IMG/VR virus record: IMGVR_UViG_3300044899_000017
Location: 13,781-77,780 of that record
Length of the DNA: 64,000 nucleotides
Source of the DNA: a virus
Reading direction: 5' to 3' (one strand)
Part shown: piece by piece, positions 56,186 through 63,861 of the stretch
Numbering within the stretch: the first letter of the stretch is position 1
How the letters are laid out: each line of letters begins with the position of its first letter
The notes under the pieces: model-generated
What the model was told of the DNA's origin: nothing
Database searches by the model: none
Seen by the model: the letters and a program-made list of their open reading frames with translations, nothing else
Translations under genes and position numbers: made by a program

Positions 56186-56469
56186 TGCCGCGCCGGCGAC
56201 GGATCGTGCGGACGGTCGAGGAGTGCTGCCAGCTCGATCAGGACCCGGCGGCGATCAGCGTGCGGCGGATCAGGCTGTCGGACCCGCAGGAGCGGCTGCT
56301 GCGGCAGATCGCGGAGGGGCCGGTCGAGTTCACGGGCCGGATCGAGCGGCCGGCGGACACGCTGACGGAGTGGGGCTTCGCGACGCAGGGCCGGCGGAAC
56401 CTCGTGGAGATAACGGACCGCGGGCGCCGGTGGCTCGCGGCGCAACCGAAGGGGAGGGTGGTGGCGTGA
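56185..56469 (+). CDS. Winged-helix protein
   Basis: LS..Q..LL..I......L...G.......IT..GR..L. Confidence 0.7.
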   Translation: MPRRRRIVRTVEECCQLDQDPAAISVRRIRLSDPQERLLRQIAEGPVEFTGRIERPADTLTEWGFATQGRRNLVEITDRGRRWLAAQPKGRVVA

Positions 56470-56990
56470 CGCGCACGGCGAAGCTGACGCTGACGGACGA
56501 GTTCTTCAGGAACGAACACGACGGGCGGATGTTCGAGCGGCGCGTCGCCGAGCTGCTGAAGGGCGCGAGTGCCGACCCGAGCGAGGTCGTGGACCTCGCG
56601 CTTCAGGTGAAGCGGATGTCGGAGGGCGCGCCGCATTGGGGCCTGATGGAGCCGGAGGAGTTCGAGCGGATGGCCGTGCGGCTGGCGCAGCTCGTCCTCG
56701 AACTCCTCGGCGTCGTGGTCGAGGCAGCGCCGCCGCCGGCGCCGGCGGGCGCCGCGGTGCTGACGCAGGGGCCGCAGGTCACGGCGAGGCTGCGGCCGCT
56801 CTTCTCGCTGCTGTGGGCCGAGCGCACGCCGGAGGGCTTCGCGGTGCAGCTCTTCGACGGGTGGGACGCGGACTACCCGCCGGAAAAGATTCTGCGGGGC
56901 CTCGGGCGCCGTCTCGCGCAGCGTGCGTTCGAGGGGTGGATGCCGGAGTTCGCGCCGGGCGAGTTCGCTGCGCTACGGTGGCCGGGATGA
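56466..56990 (+). CDS. Hypothetical protein
   Basis: GTGA overlap. Confidence 0.65.
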   Translation: MTRTAKLTLTDEFFRNEHDGRMFERRVAELLKGASADPSEVVDLALQVKRMSEGAPHWGLMEPEEFERMAVRLAQLVLELLGVVVEAAPPPAPAGAAVLTQGPQVTARLRPLFSLLWAERTPEGFAVQLFDGWDADYPPEKILRGLGRRLAQRAFEGWMPEFAPGEFAALRWPG

Positions 56991-57163
56991 AGCTGCTGCA
57001 CGTCGATCCGGGCTTCGCGGAGTACGTGTGGGCCTTCGTGATGCGGCAGCGGTTGCGCGGCGTGACGGCGAAGACGCTGCCGGGGCACGACGAGCCGCTG
57101 CTCGTGTTCGAGAAGCATCGGACGCTCGGGCCGTCGATATGGAACACGGCGAAGGTGCGCTGA
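56987..57163 (+). CDS. Hypothetical protein
   Basis: ATGA overlap, 58 aa. Confidence 0.55.
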   Translation: MKLLHVDPGFAEYVWAFVMRQRLRGVTAKTLPGHDEPLLVFEKHRTLGPSIWNTAKVR

Positions 57164-57372
57164 TGGCCGACGAGCTGAACCCGGCGGTCGAGCTGGCGCG
57201 GAAGGTGCGCCGCGGCGAAGTGCCGGCGTCGGAGGCTTCTCCTAGTCGGCTGTGGCGTCTCGCCGGCGCCGGCTCGGAGTACCTGCACGCGATGTACGAG
57301 GCGGGCTTCATCGTGCGGACCTCGACGGGCAAGCCGTTCGAGGAGTGCCCGCGGTGCGGGTGGTCGCCGTGA
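57163..57372 (+). CDS. Hypothetical protein
   Basis: TGATG coupling; CPRC. Confidence 0.55.
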   Translation: MADELNPAVELARKVRRGEVPASEASPSRLWRLAGAGSEYLHAMYEAGFIVRTSTGKPFEECPRCGWSP

Positions 57373-57590
57373 TCGCGCTGCGCGTCGAGTGCGACCGCTG
57401 CCCGCGACACTTCTTCGTGCCGGGGCACGACCTGCGGCCGATGGCGTCCGTGAACCTCGGCCTCGACCGCGCGGCGTTCCTGCTCGACCCGGACCCGGTG
57501 ACGCTGCCGCAGGGGTGGGCGGTCGCCGATGGGCCGGAGGGCGGCGTCGAGCTGCTGTGCGCCGATCACGCGCCGGAGCCGCCGGCGTGA
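57369..57590 (+). CDS. Small zinc-binding protein
   Basis: CDRC ... GW ... LC.DH. Confidence 0.6.
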   Translation: MIALRVECDRCPRHFFVPGHDLRPMASVNLGLDRAAFLLDPDPVTLPQGWAVADGPEGGVELLCADHAPEPPA

Positions 57591-57718
57591 CGGCGCACGA
57601 GTGGGGCACGCTCGCGTTCGGGACGGCGTTCGCGCTGTGGCTCGTGTGGCTGATCGTGTGGCCGGTGCTGCGGGTCTTCGCTCGGGCGGCGGTGGCGCTA
57701 GTGCGGTGGCTGTCGTGA
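57587..57718 (+). CDS. Small membrane protein
   Basis: Trp-rich hydrophobic helix. Confidence 0.55.
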   Translation: MTAHEWGTLAFGTAFALWLVWLIVWPVLRVFARAAVALVRWLS

Positions 57719-58107
57719 TGGACGTGTGGGCGCTGCGCGTGTGGGACTTCTTCCGGCCGGGCACGCTGTGCGCGGTGACGCTGCCCGGCCACGAGCTGCA
57801 CGACTTCGGGCCTATCGCGGCCGCGATGAAGCAGATCGAGTGGGAGATGCGCGCGTGGGCTGACCGGCAGGTGATCGGCTCGCACGAGCCGGAGGATTCG
57901 CTCGGCGTGGTGGCGGACACGTTCCGACGCCACGGCGTGCCGGCGTCGCGGGCGTACTTCGACGGCGAGGCGATTCAGGTCGAGGTCGTCGAGCCGGTCG
58001 GCGGTGACGGCGGCGAATGCGAGGTCGCGGGGCACGTGTGGGCGCCGGCCGGTGGCGGGCTGCTCGTGTGCCTGCGCTGCGAGTCCGAGAAGTGGGCCGA
58101 CGGGTGA
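57718..58107 (+). CDS. Protein containing a tail-sheath-like segment and C-terminal zinc finger
   Basis: MKQIEWEMRAWADRQVIG resembles sheath MDLFIRRMKQWGDRTVIG; C...GH.W......C.RC. Confidence 0.65.
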   Translation: MDVWALRVWDFFRPGTLCAVTLPGHELHDFGPIAAAMKQIEWEMRAWADRQVIGSHEPEDSLGVVADTFRRHGVPASRAYFDGEAIQVEVVEPVGGDGGECEVAGHVWAPAGGGLLVCLRCESEKWADG

Positions 58108-58274
58108 AGCTCGACGAGGCCGAGGCGCTGCGCGACCGGCTCGACGAGAAGGCGCCCGACGGCGTGCATTACGAGGTCGGGGACAGCAGCGAGGGGGAGC
58201 TGCTGTACGACGAGCCGGAGTTCGGGGGCTTCTACGTGAAGCGCGTCGTCGAGCGCGGCAGGGTGAACTCGTGA
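58104..58274 (+). CDS. Hypothetical protein
   Basis: GTGA overlap, 56 aa. Confidence 0.55.
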   Translation: MKLDEAEALRDRLDEKAPDGVHYEVGDSSEGELLYDEPEFGGFYVKRVVERGRVNS

Positions 58275-58600
58275 GAGAGTCCGACGCTCGGATGATCGTG
58301 GCGACGCTGAACCGCGTGTCGTTCGTCGAATGGGACCGGCTCGTGCGCGGTCCCGCGGCGAACGATCCCGAGGCGTGGTACGTGACGGTGTACGGGTGGA
58401 TCGGGCGCGACGATGGCCGCTCGGACTTCGTGCTGATCGAGTTCTCCTCGTGGGCGCCGGAGCCGTACTTCCTTACGTCGAGCGCGGCGCGGTCGCACGA
58501 CATCGCGGCCGCGATCTACGGCACGCAGGAGGGGCACGCCGGCGACTGCGAGCGCGTCGAGGTCGTGTTCCCGGACGTGGTGCGGAAGGCCGAGCTGTGA
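58271..58600 (+). CDS. Hypothetical protein
   Basis: FVEWDR..VYGWI.R.DGRSDFV. Confidence 0.65.
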   Translation: MRESDARMIVATLNRVSFVEWDRLVRGPAANDPEAWYVTVYGWIGRDDGRSDFVLIEFSSWAPEPYFLTSSAARSHDIAAAIYGTQEGHAGDCERVEVVFPDVVRKAEL

Positions 58601-59049
58601 CGCTCGTGTGCGAGCGCAGGGCACGCGTGCTGTCCGCGACGGTGGTGAAGGCCGCGGCGGTCGCTATCGGCCTCGAACACGTGATGCGCGAGTCGCACGA
58701 GCAGATCGCGGCGGACGAAGGCCGGCGGTCCACGTGGCCGCACGCGTGCTGCACGGACGCGTCGGCGGACCTGTACGACGAGCTGAACGAGTGCGTGCCC
58801 GAGGCGTACGCGGAGCTAGTGTGGGGCGAGTGGGTCTACGAGCCGGGCGAGCTGGCGCCGTGGTGGGCGCTGTGGCGTGGGCCTCCGTGGCGCCGGTACG
58901 AGGGGCACACGTGGGTCGCGCTCGGCGAGTCGCTGCTGCCGCCGATCCTCGATATGACGCTCGGGCAGTTCGTCGGCGGCGACGCGTTCGGCCTCGTGCT
59001 GCCGGGCGACCCGCTGTACGAGCGCTACGTCGAGCGCGAGCGATGCTGA
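58597..59049 (+). CDS. Papain/transglutaminase-like Cys-His-Asp protein
   Basis: CC.DAS..L, H.WV, ILD.T..QF. Confidence 0.65.
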   Translation: MTLVCERRARVLSATVVKAAAVAIGLEHVMRESHEQIAADEGRRSTWPHACCTDASADLYDELNECVPEAYAELVWGEWVYEPGELAPWWALWRGPPWRRYEGHTWVALGESLLPPILDMTLGQFVGGDAFGLVLPGDPLYERYVERERC

Positions 59050-59264
59050 CCACGAAGGCCGGCGCGCACCGGAGGGCGACGCAGCTCGGGCATCGGCTCG
59101 GCTCGTGGCACCGGGCGGCGTTCCTCGGCGACGCCGGCGTGAAGGCGCAGTGCCGCGACTGCGGGCGGCACGTGGTGGTCGTGGCCGCGACGGTTCACGG
59201 CGACGCGGTGGAGGTCGAGTGCAGCGGTCCGACGACGACGCGCCGGCACCTGCACGTCGTGTGA
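59043..59264 (+). CDS. Small zinc-binding protein
   Basis: GH.L..W....C..CG...C. Confidence 0.6.
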   Translation: MLTTKAGAHRRATQLGHRLGSWHRAAFLGDAGVKAQCRDCGRHVVVVAATVHGDAVEVECSGPTTTRRHLHVV

Positions 59265-59395
59265 GCTGCGAGGCGTGGCCGGCGCCGCGGCCGCAGCTCG
59301 TGCTGCCCGACCTCGTGCGGACCGATCCGGAGTACCGGCGCCGGTACGAGCAGGCGCTCCTCGTGCTGAGGGCATCGGCCGGCAGGCGGCGCTAG
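59261..59395 (+). CDS. Hypothetical peptide
   Basis: GTGA overlap, 44 aa. Confidence 0.4.
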   Translation: MSCEAWPAPRPQLVLPDLVRTDPEYRRRYEQALLVLRASAGRRR

Positions 59396-59398
59396 GAT
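59371..59398 (+). promoter_or_regulatory. Putative late-class leaderless promoter
   Basis: GGCATC-N16-TAGGAT, 6 nt before ATG 59405. Confidence 0.6.
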
Positions 59399-59404
59399 GC
59401 GCGC

Positions 59405-59686
59405 ATGGCGTTCCGACTGAGCTATCCGGACGACGAGAAGCGCTCGAAGAACATCGACGACCGCGATCAGGCTGTCGAGCAGGCGCTCCGCGAGGCGGAC
59501 GAGTTCACGGTCGAGGTCTTCGAGGTCGCGACGAAGCGGGGCGAAGACGACGTGCTGCTCGCGCGGTACGAGGTTCGCGACGCGCCGCTGTACTCGGGCG
59601 ATGGCCGTCTCGCGCCCGAGCCGGAGCCGGAACCGGCCGACGAGCCGGACGCGCCGGCCGACGACGCTCCCGCTGCCGACGCGTAA
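59405..59686 (+). CDS. Acidic hypothetical protein
   Basis: 93-aa ORF with own promoter. Confidence 0.7.
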   Translation: MAFRLSYPDDEKRSKNIDDRDQAVEQALREADEFTVEVFEVATKRGEDDVLLARYEVRDAPLYSGDGRLAPEPEPEPADEPDAPADDAPAADA

Positions 59687-59808
59687 GGGCGCAGATGGGC
59701 GGGTGGGCCTCGCACGGGCCTCCTGACCGCCGTCCGCCGCAGGGGTGGGCCTCGGGCCTCGATGCGGGTACGATGGGCGCAGCACACGCCACGCGACGAG
59801 GAGGAAGC

Positions 59809-59934
59809 ATGGAGACGGAGCCGCAGGAAGACGAGGGCACCGGCACGGACGAGCCGCTGCGCGAGGAAGACGTGACGCGAGGGGACGCGCTCGACGACCG
59901 CGTGGAGGAAGGCGACGGGCTGCCGGAGGGCTGA
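59809..59934 (+). CDS. Very acidic 41-aa peptide
   Basis: -10 TACGAT, GAGGAGG RBS; METEPQEDEGTGTDEPLREEDVTRGDALDDRVEEGDGLPEG. Confidence 0.6.
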   Translation: METEPQEDEGTGTDEPLREEDVTRGDALDDRVEEGDGLPEG

Positions 59935-59938
59935 CCTC

Positions 59939-60205
59939 GTGTCCGAGGCCGTCACACGGAACGGCGAGCTGACGATGCAGTCGCTCGCCGATGCGCTCGA
60001 CGACGAACGACGCCGCGGCCGCGAGCCGCACGCGCTGTACGTCGGCGCCGAGATGCACGCCGCGGGTTTACGGATCGTCGGCGGCTTCGTCGGCTTCCCG
60101 GAGCTGTGCGCGGTGATGCCGCGCGTCGAGGTCGATGCCTCGCTCGCGCCGCACGAGTGGGAACTTCGTCAGGAGGACGAGATGGAGGGGCACGAAGCCC
60201 CGTGA
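59939..60205 (+). CDS. Small protein resembling a major-capsid subdomain
   Basis: G.EP..LYV..E......IV......VEVD..L....W.L. Confidence 0.55.
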   Translation: MSEAVTRNGELTMQSLADALDDERRRGREPHALYVGAEMHAAGLRIVGGFVGFPELCAVMPRVEVDASLAPHEWELRQEDEMEGHEAP

Positions 60206-60418
60206 AGGACTGCCGGCACGCGCGCACGGATCGCGGCGCGCCGGCGGGTACGTCCTGGCTGCTGGCTGCTCCGACCCGCCGGCGGCACCGTTTCCTTCTC
60301 TCTCGGGGGCCAGCGGTGCCGATGGTAAAAGTCGCGGCGGTCGGCAGCTCGGGGCGAGCCTCCCTCGATTGAGGTAGTCCGGCGCTGCGCGTACGCTGGG
60401 AAGCGTGGGATCAGCGAG

Positions 60419-60446
60419 GGTATCCGCCGACGACGGGACGTACCCT
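60419..60446 (+). promoter_or_regulatory. Putative late-class promoter
   Basis: GGTATC-N16-TACCCT, near copy of 9147-9174. Confidence 0.7.
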
Positions 60447-60454
60447 CCGTCTCT

Positions 60455-60628
60455 ATGGTCGCCACGGTGCCTCTGAACCTCCCCCCCTCGCGCGGCTGCC
60501 GTGTCCACGTGCCGGGGATGGCAGCGCTCGCTGTCGTGGCGATGCTGCTCGGCCTCGTGGTCGGAGGACTGCTCGGGCTGTCACTCGCCGGCGTCTGCTG
60601 CGGAGCATCGCGACTGCTGATCCGGTGA
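60455..60628 (+). CDS. Small membrane protein (57 aa; alternative start 60518)
   Basis: After late-class promoter; hydrophobic AALAVVAMLLGLVVGGLLGLSLAGV. Confidence 0.5.
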   Translation: MVATVPLNLPPSRGCRVHVPGMAALAVVAMLLGLVVGGLLGLSLAGVCCGASRLLIR

Positions 60629-60634
60629 CGGCGC

Positions 60635-60898
60635 GTGTCTCTGCTGCGGATCGTCGCGGCGGTCCTCGTGATGGTCGTGTGGGGAGCGCTGTACGGGAAG
60701 TACCTCCTCGTGGCGGGCACGCCGACGCCGCCGGCGGAAGTGTCGGGGATCATGCTCGCCGTGGTGACGTGGCTGATCGCGGGCGCCGCGAAGAAGGCGA
60801 GCGGCGGCAGCTCGGGCGAGTTGCGCCACGCGTTCGGGCGGTGGCTGCTGGGCGCCGGGAAGCACGACGGGGAGAAGTCCGACGATGACGCCGGATGA
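60635..60898 (+). CDS. Two-helix membrane protein (holin-like)
   Basis: TM1-PTPP-TM2 then charged tail. Confidence 0.7.
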   Translation: MSLLRIVAAVLVMVVWGALYGKYLLVAGTPTPPAEVSGIMLAVVTWLIAGAAKKASGGSSGELRHAFGRWLLGAGKHDGEKSDDDAG

Positions 60899-61475
60899 GA
60901 AGGCCGAGCGCCGGAAGTTCATCGCGCTCGACGACGACGAACTCGCCGAGGCCGAGCGCGTGAGCGAAGCGCTACACACGTGGCTCGCGGGGCGCCGCGT
61001 GCGGTGGGCGCTCGGCACCGTTGCGTGCGTGGTGATCGGCGGGCTGCTGGCGGTGCTGAGTGCCGGCGTGATCCGGAACGTGAACCGGCTCGATGCGCTA
61101 CAGCGCGCCGACTCGGACGGGGCGCGCACGGCCGGATACCGGACGTGCGTGCGGCAGGACGTGGAGCGGTTGGAGTTGCATCTCTCGGCGCGGCAGCGGC
61201 CGGGGGATCGCGCCATCGCGCGCGCTCGGCTGCGCCGCGACCCGATACTCGACTGCTCGCCGCTGCTCGTGATGCGCGACTCGCTACCGAAGCCGCTGCC
61301 GCGCCGCGAGCAGGTGCGCGCGACGCGGTTCTACGGGCGGACCTACCGTGTGCCGATCATCCGGAGCGGCCACGTTCGGCTGTGCCCGGACCGGAACGAC
61401 GCGCAGGCGCCGGTGACGCGGTGGGCGAACGTGCGTCCGGCGTGCTTCGGCCGCGGCCGCGACATCGGCCACTAG
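60885..61475 (+). CDS. Membrane-anchored Cys-containing protein (lysis accessory-like)
   Basis: Single TM, helical ectodomain with 4 Cys. Confidence 0.65.
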   Translation: MTPDEKAERRKFIALDDDELAEAERVSEALHTWLAGRRVRWALGTVACVVIGGLLAVLSAGVIRNVNRLDALQRADSDGARTAGYRTCVRQDVERLELHLSARQRPGDRAIARARLRRDPILDCSPLLVMRDSLPKPLPRREQVRATRFYGRTYRVPIIRSGHVRLCPDRNDAQAPVTRWANVRPACFGRGRDIGH

Positions 61476-61516
61476 CAGGGGAGAACTAGCCGAGCTGACG
61501 GCTACCGTCTCGGGCG

Positions 61517-63382
61517 ATGGCTACCCGAGCGCTGCTGCGGCCGACTGTGCGCCGCGACGAGGAGGACTTCGACTTCGCCGAGGCGGTGGACGACGAGTGG
61601 CGCGCCGGCGACGAGCAGGATGTCGCAGCGAAGCGGTCGCTGATGGACTACGCGGAGCTGATGCCGGAGCCGGGCATCGGGGCGCTGCGCTTCGACGACT
61701 TCCCGTTTCAGGTCGAGTGGTACTCGGACGAAGTGGCGAACGCGGACGAGTGCGTGTGGGCGAAGGGCGCGCAGGTGGGCGCGTCGGGAGCTGGCATCCG
61801 ATGGGTGATTCGGCAGGTCGATCAGTTCGGCGACACGGGCCTCTACGTGATGCCGACGGACGAAGTGGTCGAGAAGTTCTCGGACGAGCGCGTCGAGCCG
61901 GCCATCGAAGAGTCGCCGTACCTGCTGTCGAAGATCAAGCGGAAGTGGGTCCGCAATAAGAAGCACAAGCGGATCAATCGTGGGTTTCTCCATATGCGCG
62001 GCTCGAACTCGAAGGCGGGCGCGCAGTCGGTAGCGGCGCAGTTCCTCTTCCTCGATGAGCGCGACTTACTCGATCAGGGGAACGTCGAGATGATCATGCG
62101 CCGCGTGTCGGGCGCGGTGCAGATCGGGAAGCGCCCGAAGATTCGGCACGCCGGCTATCCGCTGATCCCGAACGACGGGATCGACCTGCTGTACCGCCAG
62201 TCCGATCAGCGCGTGTGGCACGTGACCTGCCCGAGCTGCGGCGAGGAGCAGCCGATCACGTGGGAGGAGAACGTGCGGTGGACGATGCCGGGCACGGACC
62301 GCGCGCACCGGGCCGGCGACGACGAGTTCGAGGATCGGAAAGAGGTCGGCGACGTGTGGCGGCAGTGCCGCTCGTGCGAGGCGTCGCTCGAAGACACGAG
62401 GCCGGGCCGGAAGGACGGGGCGCTGCGGACGGGCAGGTGGATCGCGAAGTTCCCGGAGCGCGACGTGATCGGCTTCCACGTGTGGCGCGGGATGGTGCCG
62501 GTGACGGACCTGAAGGCGCTCGTGGTCGCGAGCCGCGGCACGAAGGAAACGGATAAAGAGGCGTTCGCTGCGCTCGACCTCGGGCGCCCGTACTCCTCCG
62601 GGCAGCAGTCTCTCTCGGACGGCGACCTCGCGCGGGCCTGCGGCTTCGGCATCGAGCAGGTGGAGGCGTACTACGGGGCGAACGTGACGACTATGGGCGT
62701 CGATGTCGCCGGCGAGCGCGACCTAAACGTGCAGATCGACGAGCAGCTACCGCCGGAGCGGGCCGGGATGCCGAACCGCCGGCGCGCGCTGTGGATCGGG
62801 CGCGTGTCGTCGTTCGAGGGCGTCGTCGAGCTGATGGTGCGCTTCCGTGTCCTCGTGTGCGCCATCGACTCGAACCCGGAGCGGCGAGCGGCGAAGGCGC
62901 TGCGGGCGGCGTTCCCCGGTCGTGTCGTTCTCGTGGAGTACGACGCGCGGTACGACTCGGAGCCGCTGATCCTGAAGAGTGACGAGGCGGGCGTGCCGCT
63001 GATCGCTCGGGTGAACCGCACGGACGCCATCGACGGGATGATGGACAGCGTGCGGCAGGTGCGGTGGATGCCGCTCGCGACGCCGCCGCCGGGGTGGATG
63101 GCGCAGATGAAGGCGCTGCACCGAAAGTCCGAGCTGAATAAGAAGGGCACGGGCATCGAGCGCCACTACGTCACGACGGGCACGGACGGCGACGACTTCG
63201 CGCACGCTGCGACGTACGGCCTCGTGGCGACGGAGCTGTGGCGGGCGAACGTCGTCGCGGACGAGCGGATCGCGGCCGGGGCGGGGACTCAGATGTCGGA
63301 TGAAGATATGGGCTTCAGGCGCGTCCGGCTGTCGGCCGAGAACGCGGACAGCTACTCGCCGGGCCTCGGCGAACACGGATAG
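61517..63382 (+). CDS. terL: Terminase large subunit (lambda gpA family)
   Basis: PFQ, KGAQVG.S, FLDE.D, SDQR.W...CP.CG..Q, C..C, G.W, MGVDV, D.AHA. Confidence 0.92.
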   Translation: MATRALLRPTVRRDEEDFDFAEAVDDEWRAGDEQDVAAKRSLMDYAELMPEPGIGALRFDDFPFQVEWYSDEVANADECVWAKGAQVGASGAGIRWVIRQVDQFGDTGLYVMPTDEVVEKFSDERVEPAIEESPYLLSKIKRKWVRNKKHKRINRGFLHMRGSNSKAGAQSVAAQFLFLDERDLLDQGNVEMIMRRVSGAVQIGKRPKIRHAGYPLIPNDGIDLLYRQSDQRVWHVTCPSCGEEQPITWEENVRWTMPGTDRAHRAGDDEFEDRKEVGDVWRQCRSCEASLEDTRPGRKDGALRTGRWIAKFPERDVIGFHVWRGMVPVTDLKALVVASRGTKETDKEAFAALDLGRPYSSGQQSLSDGDLARACGFGIEQVEAYYGANVTTMGVDVAGERDLNVQIDEQLPPERAGMPNRRRALWIGRVSSFEGVVELMVRFRVLVCAIDSNPERRAAKALRAAFPGRVVLVEYDARYDSEPLILKSDEAGVPLIARVNRTDAIDGMMDSVRQVRWMPLATPPPGWMAQMKALHRKSELNKKGTGIERHYVTTGTDGDDFAHAATYGLVATELWRANVVADERIAAGAGTQMSDEDMGFRRVRLSAENADSYSPGLGEHG

Positions 63383-63390
63383 GGGGACGG

Positions 63391-63861
63391 GTGCCGACAC
63401 GTAGGCAACATCAGTCGCAGTTCCGTCCGCTGTCGGGCGATCAGGCCGAGCGCAAGCGGCCGCGCGGGGGGCGTGCGAGTCGGCCGGCGAAGGGGAACCT
63501 GTCGGCGACCTCGCGCGATCCGGAGGAGTGGGCGGCGGCGACGGCCGCGGCTCGGGAGACGCGCCGGCAGGTCGCGCACGAGGTCGCGATGAACATCGCG
63601 GAGCAGGTCGAGACGCTGCTCGTGGAGGGCGACATCATGGGCGGGCGGGCGCTCTTCGCGCGGCGCGTCGAGCAGCTAGTGAGCGCGGAGAAGCAGCTCG
63701 CGGGGCGCCGCGCCATCGCTCGCGACGCCGGCGACGACCCGCCGGAGCGCGACATCGAGCGGGCCGCGTGGATGGACCTCTCCGTCGCGGCCGCGGCGTG
63801 CGCGGCCGCTATCGACTACGTGCCGCCGAAGCCCGAGGCCGAGGACGACGAGGAGCCGTGA
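63391..63861 (+). CDS. Hypothetical protein
   Basis: 156-aa helical ORF after terminase. Confidence 0.7.
   Translation: MPTRRQHQSQFRPLSGDQAERKRPRGGRASRPAKGNLSATSRDPEEWAAATAAARETRRQVAHEVAMNIAEQVETLLVEGDIMGGRALFARRVEQLVSAEKQLAGRRAIARDAGDDPPERDIERAAWMDLSVAAAACAAAIDYVPPKPEAEDDEEP

Noticed and set aside
60202-60372. 56-aa ORF in the structured gap
   Set aside because: Atypical codon usage and no motifs; more likely non-coding.
157-63755. Many long minus-strand and alternative-frame ORFs (e.g. 3649-6399, 10040-12349, 21723-23930)
   Set aside because: Shadow ORFs of high-GC coding DNA: Arg/Ala/Pro-rich, no motifs, fully overlapping well-supported + strand genes.
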